In this document: positions 10,513 to 20,800 of the stretch, piece after piece | Layout: every line of letters starts with the position of its first letter | How positions within the stretch are numbered: position 1 is the first letter of the stretch | Source: an uncultured archaeon | Lineage (GTDB): Archaea > Thermoplasmatota > Penumbrarchaeia > JASLWR01 | Direction: 5' to 3' | Assembly: GCA_964430885.1 (NCBI GenBank) | Contig: CAYSHM010000012.1 | Location: 1 to 64,000, forward strand | Length of the DNA: 64,000 nucleotides | The notes under the pieces: model-generated | The model's input: only the letters and a program-made list of their open reading frames with translations | The model's database searches: none | Told to the model about the DNA's origin: nothing | Translations under genes and position numbers: made by a program

Positions 10513-11877
10513 CTACTTCATGTACCTATAGCTCCTTTCCATTTCCTTGATGGAGAAAAGCAATGGGGCATCCTTGATCTTCTCATAAATGTATTTCATG
10601 GACAGTACATCATCCATACCGTATAGTTTGAAATCCTCCCAGGGTACCTCAACGGTTCTATCATACATGTACTCGGTATATTTTGTACCCACCTCTTTCC
10701 CGTCCAATCCTCTCACCTGCCACTTATAGCCCAGTTTTGAGGCCACATCGTCCAGTTTTGAGCTTCTGGAAGTCAGACCAGCAAAACTCTTGACCCATTT
10801 CATAAGGTCTATCTTCTCCACCGATTCCCATAGATCGAAATATTCCAGCGCGTATCTTTTGATGAAGTTGCCTAGGTGAGGGTAATCGAATCCGCTCCCG
10901 TACCAGGCTAGTAAACACGAGTTAGGTTTGATCCGCTTTTCCAGCAGTTCAGCGAATTGTTTGATTATACTTCCAGCCTTATCAGGGTCTTCTTCGAGCA
11001 GGCCAAAATACTCGTCGGTTTCATCGTCTAGTACACCTATGTGCCAGATTATGGATGGGTTAAGATCGTCGGTCTCGATATCCACATAAATACGATGCCG
11101 GTGAGCTAGGTCGTCCTCGTTTATCCTGTAGATCTTGTTCTCCTCCATGGATTTTGCCGAGGCTATCCATTTACAGCTTCGGTAGGGACCGATCCCTTCA
11201 ATATCCATAAGTTCTGACGGATGAAGACCAGCCAGTTTCTTCCGCTCGTCAATGCCCATTGCCTCAAGCTGATTGCACAGAGTACCTCCGAGCCCAGGTA
11301 TGGCCATCATCCCCACACGGTCCGCCGACATCATTTCAAGAAAGGGCATTTCACCAGTAACTGCCAATGGTATTTTTGTAGATTGAAAATCAAAATGAGT
11401 ACCGATACCAGTTACCACAGTATCGCCTTGGTGATGTTTCTTGCCAGCCATGATCTCGGTTGAAAACAGTAAAGGGCGGTCAAGGTTTTTATTCAGGATT
11501 GGTAGCATTGAATCATTGCTCAATGAGTAATCGAATGTATCAGTGTCAATTACGCTTTTAAAAAGGTTCGTGATCACTGAGAATCTTTTTATTTCCTTGT
11601 CTTTGATATTTTTAAAGAAATCCTTTGTCAGAACATAGGGCTGGGTGATAATAATTAGGCATTCATTGTCAACCACTTTGGTCCTGAATCTCTCGATCTC
11701 GTCCATATGGAAAGCAATTTGCGAAGAAGCCTCTATCTTCTTCTTCTCACCCCTGTAAAGATGATCCGTAACCGTTATATCCGGTGCCATATAGCAGATG
11801 ATGTCTTCTATTGCCCCGGAGGAATATCCCGCTATGGAGAACCGGTCCAAATAAAGGATCCTCATGTATCTCAGCAT
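10513..11877 (-). CDS. YprB/MrfB-like RNase H-fold (DEDD) exonuclease with helix-hairpin-helix motifs
   Basis: IYVDIETD motif I, WYGSGFDYP motif II, KLDDVA..LGY and YGMDDV motif III. HhH motifs AIPGLGG and DIEGIGP lie upstream. Confidence 0.8.
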   Translation of the reverse strand: MLRYMRILYLDRFSIAGYSSGAIEDIICYMAPDITVTDHLYRGEKKKIEASSQIAFHMDEIERFRTKVVDNECLIIITQPYVLTKDFFKNIKDKEIKRFSVITNLFKSVIDTDTFDYSLSNDSMLPILNKNLDRPLLFSTEIMAGKKHHQGDTVVTGIGTHFDFQSTKIPLAVTGEMPFLEMMSADRVGMMAIPGLGGTLCNQLEAMGIDERKKLAGLHPSELMDIEGIGPYRSCKWIASAKSMEENKIYRINEDDLAHRHRIYVDIETDDLNPSIIWHIGVLDDETDEYFGLLEEDPDKAGSIIKQFAELLEKRIKPNSCLLAWYGSGFDYPHLGNFIKRYALEYFDLWESVEKIDLMKWVKSFAGLTSRSSKLDDVASKLGYKWQVRGLDGKEVGTKYTEYMYDRTVEVPWEDFKLYGMDDVLSMKYIYEKIKDAPLLFSIKEMERSYRYMK

Positions 11878-11884
11878 AGGTATT

Positions 11885-11920
11885 CAGACCATAAAAACCT
11901 TATTGGTAAAAACCTTTCTT
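11885..11920. promoter_or_regulatory. Compact divergent promoter region with a TAAAAACCTT direct repeat
   Basis: The gap between the divergent starts is 51 bp. TAAAAACCTT occurs at 11892-11901 and 11907-11916, and reads AAGGTTTTTA (BRE/TATA-like) on the minus strand. Confidence 0.45.
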
Positions 11921-11928
11921 GACGGAAC

Positions 11929-14262
11929 ATGAACGTTGACCATATCTTCGCCCATTACCCTGATTACAATGGTCAGATAGTTTTTTCCAAGGTTTTGCCC
12001 GGAAAGGACCCTATTCATAAAAGCTCTCTAAACCTTCATCCCGATATCAGCAGAAAACTCCAAGAAAGGAGCATAGACCTCTATGTGCATCAGGCAGAGG
12101 TCATAGACCGCTATGTAGAGGGCCGCGACGTATGCGTCACAACCGGAACCGCCAGCGGGAAGACCTTGGCCTATGCCTTATGTACCGCCCATCAGCTCTA
12201 TGAATATCCTGGTTCAACGGTTCTGCTTGTTTTTCCAACCAAGGCTCTTGCCCGGGACCAGAAGGAGGAGCTCGATTCCGTTTTTGATCTTTTGGATATA
12301 GATGTGAAAATTGGAATATATGACGGTGATACAACTGCCGCCAGCAAGGTTGCCGTCCGCGAAGAAGCAGACATGATTATAACCAATTTCACAGGTTTGA
12401 ATCTCTATCTAGCCTATCACAGCAAATGGAGCAGGTTCTACAGCAATCTGCGAACTGTGGTCATTGATGAGGCTCATCACTATTCTGGTCTTCTAGGTAT
12501 GCATATCGCTTGGATAATAAGACGATTGCGCAGGGTGATCAGGTACTATGGAGCCGAGGTGAATTTCATACTGTCCAGCGCAACCCTGGGCAACCCTGGT
12601 GAACATTCTCGTAATCTAATAGGGAAGCCAGTATCAGTAGTTGATAATGACGGTGCAGGTCACGGACAGCGGACACTTCTTTTCTGGAATCCGCCCTTGA
12701 TCCATGATAAGTTATTTGAAAGGAAGAGCACTCACAGGGAGTCCAGCCAGTTATTTGCCTATCTTGTGGATTACGGAATGCAGAGCCTTATGTTCGTACC
12801 ATCCCGAAAAATGAGCGAACTGGACTGTCTCTGGGCCCGTGAGTTTATGTCCAATTCCCTGGGCGGAATTAAATCTGTTATTAAACCTTATAATGCCGGC
12901 CTCCCAAAGGAAGTCCGAAGGAAAATAGAGGGTGAATTGAGGGATGGAAGTCTGGCAGGTGTCGTAAGTACAACCGCTTTGGAGCTCGGGATCAATATTG
13001 GTAGCATGGATGCAACCTTGCTTTCAGGATATCCTGGTTCCAGGATAGGTTTTTGGCAGCAGATAGGGCGTTCAGGGAGGGGTAATGACGAGGCCTTATC
13101 GGTACTGGTGCCATTCGGTTCTGCCCTGGACCAGTACATGGCTACCCATCCCTATCATCTTATTGGCGGTGAAGTGGAGGACGCAGTAATTGACCTATCA
13201 AACAATCATGTTTTTTCAAACCACCTTCTCTCAGCAGCAGCGGAGCTTCCTTTGACGAATGATGACCGCGGTTTATTCGGGCCCCGTATACTGCCTGCTG
13301 TAAATATGTGGAAGAAAGAGGGAAGTCTAATCGGTGATCTGAACGGAGGATGCAGATATTCCGGCCCAGAAGGACCTCAGCAGAGGATCAATTTATATTC
13401 CGTCGGCAGGGTGGATTTCGAGGTAATGATAAGAAACGAGGACGGGACTACTGTCTCCCACCCTCCTGTGGCGAAGCCTCGTGCCTACAGGGATTTTCAT
13501 CTCAATGCTATCTACCTATTCCAGGGTGAATACTATCAGGTAACAGATTTCTCGGAGGGTTCACGGCCTAGGGTGACCCTTTCTCCCACCCTGGCGGATT
13601 ATTACACCCAGACCATGAGGGGCACTGAGATCACCAATGTCAAGGAGGAGAGCCGTAAGACTCTAGGTCAATATGACATATGCAGGGGCAGATCCAGGGT
13701 CAGAGTGCATTATCATGCTTACAAAAAGCAGAAACTGTCCAATGATTCGGTTATATCCATAGAGGAAACCGGGCTGCCTCCCCTGACCATGGACACCTCG
13801 GTAATGTGGATAGAGATACCGGATAGTGAAAGGGATCGGCTGCTCTCATTGGTTGATAGCGGTATAATGAGGGGAATGGGTTGGGAAGGAAAGGGAAGAC
13901 TGTACCATTATGCGGGTGCCCTTCATGCCGCGGAACATACCTTGATCCACATGCTGCCTCTGGCAATGCTTATCGACCACAGGGATGTAGGCGGGTTATC
14001 CACTGATTACCACCCGGAAATTGACAGGGGATGTATCTTTATCTATGATGGTATGGAAGGCGGTGTAGGCTTTGCACATAGTGCATATGCCCGTTTGGAG
14101 GAGGTGGCTGAAAGATCCAGGGAAAAGCTATTGACCTGTTCCTGTAGGAGAATTGCTGGATGCCCGTCCTGCACGTATTCCCCTGCATGCGGAACCGACA
14201 ATCGACCCCTTAACAGACCCCTTGCAGCCGAACTTTTAGGTGGATTTATTAAAATTTTTTAA
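11929..14262 (+). CDS. SF2 DEAH-box helicase, MrfA/YprA/SftH/Hrq1 family with C-terminal DUF1998 Zn domain
   Basis: TGTASGKT (Walker A), PTKALARDQ, DEAH, SAT, TALELGINIG, QQIGRSGR, ALHAAEH and a C-terminal CSC...GCPSCTYSPAC. Confidence 0.92.
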   Translation: MNVDHIFAHYPDYNGQIVFSKVLPGKDPIHKSSLNLHPDISRKLQERSIDLYVHQAEVIDRYVEGRDVCVTTGTASGKTLAYALCTAHQLYEYPGSTVLLVFPTKALARDQKEELDSVFDLLDIDVKIGIYDGDTTAASKVAVREEADMIITNFTGLNLYLAYHSKWSRFYSNLRTVVIDEAHHYSGLLGMHIAWIIRRLRRVIRYYGAEVNFILSSATLGNPGEHSRNLIGKPVSVVDNDGAGHGQRTLLFWNPPLIHDKLFERKSTHRESSQLFAYLVDYGMQSLMFVPSRKMSELDCLWAREFMSNSLGGIKSVIKPYNAGLPKEVRRKIEGELRDGSLAGVVSTTALELGINIGSMDATLLSGYPGSRIGFWQQIGRSGRGNDEALSVLVPFGSALDQYMATHPYHLIGGEVEDAVIDLSNNHVFSNHLLSAAAELPLTNDDRGLFGPRILPAVNMWKKEGSLIGDLNGGCRYSGPEGPQQRINLYSVGRVDFEVMIRNEDGTTVSHPPVAKPRAYRDFHLNAIYLFQGEYYQVTDFSEGSRPRVTLSPTLADYYTQTMRGTEITNVKEESRKTLGQYDICRGRSRVRVHYHAYKKQKLSNDSVISIEETGLPPLTMDTSVMWIEIPDSERDRLLSLVDSGIMRGMGWEGKGRLYHYAGALHAAEHTLIHMLPLAMLIDHRDVGGLSTDYHPEIDRGCIFIYDGMEGGVGFAHSAYARLEEVAERSREKLLTCSCRRIAGCPSCTYSPACGTDNRPLNRPLAAELLGGFIKIF

Positions 14263-14423
14263 AACCTGATTTTATACTAATTTCACATTCACAACCTTAA
14301 AGGAGTGGGCTATAGTGTAGAAGACTTAACTAAAATCTTGTCCTACAAATTATTTATAATACCTTGCCGAAATCTTGATCATTTTATTATCTAACACACA
14401 TCTCATATATCAACGGTGATATA

Positions 14424-14789
14424 ATGCATGGAAATCCGATTGGTCCTTATAATAATTCTGCTAGATTAATGATCATAGTTTCAATTTTGGTTCTTATGAT
14501 TGGTGGCCTGCCTTCTACATTGTTCCTGTTTGCCCAAGCCCAGGAAGAAAACGGGGAGGCAGAGACCGTTCTTTATATACTTGATTACAACATTGAGGAT
14601 TACGGAACCGGAAAATGGAGATACGGGACCACAACAAATGATTACGAGGTCTGCTTTGCCAAGAACAGCGAAAAAAGAACTGCCAAGATCCAAACTTTAA
14701 ACAACTCCTACAAATTTACTTTGAAGCCTAGAGATGTATATGTACAATCAAATTCCACCAATGCCACTATACCTGGAATAAATAAATAA
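14424..14789 (+). CDS. N-terminal, signal-peptide-bearing fragment of the downstream giant protein (frameshifted)
   Basis: SD GGTGAT at 14415-14420. Hydrophobic signal LMIIVSILVLMIGGL...AQA. The stop falls inside an (AATA)3 tract, and the +1 frame from 14782 runs without a stop into the 14896 ORF. Confidence 0.7.
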   Translation: MHGNPIGPYNNSARLMIIVSILVLMIGGLPSTLFLFAQAQEENGEAETVLYILDYNIEDYGTGKWRYGTTTNDYEVCFAKNSEKRTAKIQTLNNSYKFTLKPRDVYVQSNSTNATIPGINK

Positions 14790-14791
14790 AT
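14777..14791 (+). repeat. (AATA)3-AAT tetranucleotide tract at the frameshift site
   Basis: Sequence ggAATAAATAAATAAATtattt. Removing one 4-nt unit fuses the two ORFs. Confidence 0.8.
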
Positions 14792-14895
14792 TATTTACGA
14801 AACAAAATGTACAGCCTATACTAAATGGTACTAGGATCATCTACGAAGGGATCTACAGCGATATTGATCTGGAATATCAGGTTTGTCTGGGAGAG

Positions 14896-17800
14896 GTGAA
14901 GGAAACATTTCTGATCAACACCCTATCGGATGATATTGAAGGAGATATGGTTTTTAGAACCACTGTGAATTATGATAATGCCTCTCTGGATGTATTTACT
15001 CGGACCAAACAGGTATGCAACACTACTTACTCCAAGGGAGATATCGAATTCAGGGATGCCCAAGGAAACATGGTTTTCATGATACCTAGACCGGTGATAT
15101 TTGATACGCCTGATAAGATTTTCGATAGACATTTAGGATCATGGGTCACCGATCCATCTTCAGTTGAAACTGCAGAGCTGAATTATATTCTGAAAATGGT
15201 CAACGGTCATTTGGATATCTATTATTTCGTCCCTCTCAATTACCTCAAATCAAATACTACCAACTATCCGGTTCACGTGGATCCGAGTATTAGTTCCAAT
15301 TCCATAATCGAGAGCATAAGGTATACTGGATTGGGAAACGGCAGCATAATGAAGGAGGATTCAAGCGGTATTTCCTTCATTTCCGGTTCTGAGATGGTTC
15401 TCTGCTCTGATCTCTCAATCATAAAGGGTGGGGTCCTTACATTGGACAATGTATCTCTGACCGTGGACAGTCCAGAGGAATGGGAATTCAATATATATGT
15501 TGAAACGGGCGGCACTCTGAACATTGTAAATGGAAGCCGGATCACCAAGGGGAACAATCAAAGCTGTTACGGGATAAGTTATTATCCAGGATCAAAAGGA
15601 TTTATTGAATCATCAAGTATTGAAAATATATCCAATAACGGTGCCGGGCTTCTCTTGATGTCAGACATTACAGTGATGAACTCCACAATAATGAACGGGT
15701 CAGGGAACGGTATCTGCGTACTGCGGAGCAGTCCATTCATCTCAAATAATAAAATATATTCAAACTCGAATTCGGGAATAATAGTTGGCTGCGGAGGCGC
15801 ACCGGAAATAATAAACAATAAGATATTCGGCAACACCTTCGGTATCAGATGGGATGGCGATTACATACACGATGATCTTTCCACCTTGGATATGATAGAG
15901 TATTGTGATTATGTCTATTCAAGTCAGGGTAGGATTTATCCTATGGATCTGGGAATGGAGAGCACTTTTACTACTGTAGAGCTCACGCTATGCACGGGTT
16001 CTCTCTATGACGCAGTGGTCATGGAAATCAAAAACAAGGATGATTGTATCTTCCAGTATGATATCCTTGACGGAAGGAGCAGTGGTGTGATCAAGGGACT
16101 TGAAAACTTAACCTCAGAGGTCACTGATATTTCGGGCATCAATCCATTTGAACATCCTACCATAAGATTGAGAGGAAAATTTCTCGGTAACCGAACACTC
16201 CAGCCATATCTAAATTCATGGAGGGTGCGTTTCAGACCTGTAAAATCGTCAGGTTGCGAGGGCGAGACCGGGAGTTACGATCTATCCCTCTCCGATGAGT
16301 TCGGGGGTTATTCATTGAATCCCCGATGGGATGAATCTGGTTTTCAGACACAGGATTCAGATATGGATGTGGACGGATGGGGATATTTGACACCCGTGGA
16401 TTACGGTTCGAATGGCTCTGGCTGGCACGGACCTCTTATCGAATCAAAAGTGCCGCTTTCTTGTGCATCTTTTATCTTGGAATCCCGACTCGATATTCGG
16501 AACTCATATTTTGGAATGGGCAGCACTAGGATTGAGCTATTAGACCGGAATGATGAAGTGATGTTCCGTCTGGTTTGGAGCGACAGCTGGAATTACCAAT
16601 ATACCTCCCGATTGACACTCTCTGATTCTGAAAAACAACTCTACGACAGCGGTGTGGGAACTGAATATAACGATTTCAGCGGAAAGCTGAAGCTTGAAAG
16701 ATCCAATTCAACAGATGTTGAGTTTTATATTGATACCGGTTCGGGATATCAGGAACTGGACCTTTCACAGGTCCCTGCACCAATCAGCCTTGCTTCTGCA
16801 ATTGCATCTGTAAGAATTTCTATGGCTGCTCATCAATATCACTCGTTACTGCCGGTCCAAAGGATTGATTGGTTCAATTTCAAAAGCATAGAGTATTATA
16901 AAACCGGAGCTGACAGCCCTATTCTTGATAATGTGAAATCTATTGAAGGAACCGTTTCACTTGGATCCAAAGGATTCGAGGACGGTAGTTCCAAGGATGA
17001 GTTCACAGGAAATGGGCTGGATGAAAGGTGGACCCGCTGGAATTTCGGTACCAATTATTCTGATATGGATGTTGACGGCAGTGGGTTTCTGGAACCCCTG
17101 GATTACGGAATAAATGATAGCAATTGGCACGGCCCGAATATCACCACGGAACTGGAAACTGCAGATAAGGGATTCATTTTGGAATGCGGATTTGATATAG
17201 AGAATGACCATATCAGTATGGGTAAGAGCGTTATTGAGCTGAGAAATTTCTCTGAAACTCTTTTCACTTGTACATGGTCTGATGTTTGGGCCGGAGCAGA
17301 TTGTTCCCGGATAATCTTAAGGGATAATGAAAAGGTTCTGTTCAACAGTGGAACTGGACTGGTGTTCAATGATTTCAAGGGAAGAATAAAACTTCAGAGA
17401 ATCAGCAATAATGAGATCCGGTTATTCATAGATTCTGGTTATGGGTACTGGGAATATTCCCTTCAGACCCAGCCAAGTCAGGTTTCATTGTCCTCTGCGG
17501 TTGAGAACTTAACTGTATCAATGCAGTCTTTTAGCACTTATCGGCCGCTGCCCAATAACAAGCTGGATTTCATATCATTTTCCAGCAGTTATCAGAAGAA
17601 GGGGAGTTATTTGACAGGCATGATCAGGACCTTGGATTGCACAATATTAGACACTCTTTCACTGGACATTCATGAGCCCGATGCTGAACATTTCATATAC
17701 GCTAGCTTAGTAGACAGTGTTTCTCTGGAACCAATTAAGGGATATGAGGGTGTAAGAGGAGATCTAATTGATCTGAGTGCGGCAGATGAATTAAAAGGGT

Positions 17801-20800
17801 CGGGAATACGGCTTTTATTCGAACTAAGGGGCAACGGGACCTCGACACCGTTTATCAAAGGATGGCGCCTCTACAATTCACCAATGGTTATGGGCAATGA
17901 AATATACAATAATTCTGAAGCAGGAATATTCTGCAATGAATCAGCCCCAACAATAACCGGAAACGTGATAAATTATAACAAGGAAGGGATTCGCCTTTTC
18001 AGAAGTTCCGCTGGAATGAGGTCAGGAGTTTCACCCCTCTGTTCATTCCAAACCCTCTTCAGGGATCCCTTCCTATCTGTGGACAAGATCCATTCGATGG
18101 AGAATTTATCTCAAGCCCATGGGGCGATCAGATTGAAAGACAATTCATCTGAGGGTCATTTGATATCTTCTATAATAGAGGCCAGGAAGGGGCAGGCCTG
18201 GGGTCATGTTCAGATCTTGAATTCACTTTACACCAATTCAACTCTGAACCTATCCATTCTGGATGCGGAGACTGGCGAGATGATCCCGAATTTTATGAAT
18301 CTAACAGGGGAATTTATTTCCCTAAATGAATTGGATCCTATGGTTTATCCCAAGATCAGGCTAAGAGCAGACCTCACGGGAAACGGTTCAAATTCGCCTG
18401 CACTGATTGAATGGCAGGTGACAGGTGGATCATATCAGGGATATGTTGAGACCTTCGAGGAGGGATATGGGGGAATATCAGTTATTGATAACTTAACGAT
18501 AGATGACGGAAAAGTCTCTTTTGAACAAAGGGATTGGTGGAATATGGATTATGTCTATCGGAGGGAACTGGTCATAACAGAGGAACTGGGGATCCAGAGG
18601 AACAATGAATCACATGACCTCAGTGTGGATTTGTCGTCATGGGAACACCAGCCCGTATCACAAAATGGAATTAGGCTTGTATCAAGTAATAATTCCGAAA
18701 TGGATAGGACGATCACCGCTTTCGTTCCAGGTGAATATCTGAATCTGTCCTTCAATGTTTCGGAGCTGTCTGCAAATGGTACTGTGACTTTCTATATCTA
18801 TTATGGATGTGAACAGCCGGATATCCCAGTATCTGCCAACATAAGCACTACGAAAATAATTATGGATGATGACCAATCGCTGTCCGACCTCGGAGGCGGT
18901 ACTGGGCCGGAGCATATTGAGAACCGATATGTCAATATGGATTTTATGCCGGATGCACCTGTTGGGGAAAAAGTGGTAAGGTTCAGCGGCAATGATATCA
19001 ATCAGACGACACCCTCTTATTGGTATCCCGAGATAAACTCCGCTGAATTGGAGATCCCCCAAGGTTATTTTTTTGGTTACTTTATGTATTGGGATAATTC
19101 AACAGAGGGGCCATCAGGTACAAAAGTAAGTCATCTAACTGCGGGTGTGGATGCCAATTTTTCAAATGGGGATTCCATGGGTACTCTGGATCCCTTTATC
19201 ACTGACCAGAATGGAATCCCCATAACTCCTGTCCAGCAGGTAACTAATAAATGCAGGGATAATTGGTATTACAGATATACCTCGCAACTTGAAGGTAAAA
19301 CCATTGATTCTTTTTTCCTTGCATATGATGACGGCGGTGTTAACGGCACCCTTCACGGGAATTTCACTGTATATTTTGATTATATATTCATAGGGCCCAA
19401 CCGGGGACCGGTGGAAAAGCTTATTGGAGATGAAGAAACCATCTATCCAGTATGCGGTCTAGTGGTCAGTGAAGAGATATGTCCTGACAGTATTTCCGGA
19501 AACAGATGGGGAGAGTTCAGAGCTGCAGATCATATCCCCGAAAATACGAGTATAACATATCAGGTTCTCCAAGGACAATTGGGATCGGAAGGGGCTCTGC
19601 AACCCGTGCCGGCGTATGAAAGTTTGACCTGCCCGATAATTGACCTAAATCCGATAGATACATCAATATATCCCTCTCTAAGGATTGGAGCTCTCTTTGA
19701 AGGTGATGGCAATCAAACACCTGAAATTGATCATTGGTCCCTGTCGATGAGTCCGATGATCAGCTGCGGTTCAATATCAGATAATGATATGAACTTCAAC
19801 GATATAGGAATATGGAGCAGTGAATCCATATCAGTCATACACGGCAACCGTATTCATGACAGCAGCATTTCAGGAGTCCTTTTGGATCAGTGCACCCGGA
19901 CCAATATTACTACAACCCATTTTGAATCCGGTTTGGAACAGGATATGGTGTTCGAAAGTTCGGGCCGTAAAATTATAGACATTCCAAGTACTCCCGGTTA
20001 TTTCTCAATGGATGGAATGTCTTTAATGGTAAACGCTTCAGGCTATAAATCCCTCCATGATAATGAAGGCATGATGGAGTTCAGTGCTTATATTGAGAAT
20101 TCATCCATGGATGCAGTTCTCAATTCTTCTCTTTCCTTGGATGTCCCAGATGAATGGTGCTTAGAATCACTCAGTGCATCTTTTGGCAGCCTCACAAGTA
20201 ACGGAACCGCGGTTTATCCGGAAGAAGTCGGGCTAAGATCAGAAATTAGCGGTCATGAAAAAGCATTCCTCGATCATTGGGAGTCAGTTCTATTCAACTC
20301 AACTGTTCTAATGGAAACCGCCAATCCAGTAAAAGTTAATTTCAGTAGTTCAGCAGATAATGTGAAAGCAAATATTTCGTGCAGAACCGATATCTGTACG
20401 GGTTCCAAGGTCCAGTGGAAGGAAGAGGAATGGGGTCTTTCAGCGCTTATAGAATTAAGTCCTCCCGAAAGTCCTGTGAAAGATCCGATTCTACGCATAT
20501 TCCTTCCTTCCGCTGGATCGTCAGGTCTCAATGGTTCTATAATTGATAACGGCCGTGATATTTCGGAATACCTGTATACGATCCAGGGTGTTAATGGAGA
20601 ACCCAGCTACATTCAGCTGCTGCTGTCGGATCTTCAGGAAATTGGCGATTCCTGGGAGCTGGCTGACGGTTCATGGCAGCTCAAGATTAATTTGATCTAT
20701 TCAGTTATTGATATTTCCATTGATGTTCATGATGATGGAATTGCCGATTGGGTTTCCGAGGGGGTTTTCAAGGGGCCCGATCAGATGATAGTTCAGCTTT

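Noticed and set aside
14779-14789. Stop-codon readthrough (Sec/Pyl) joining the split gene
   Set aside because: The stop is TAA and the downstream ORF is in a different frame, so a frameshift is required.
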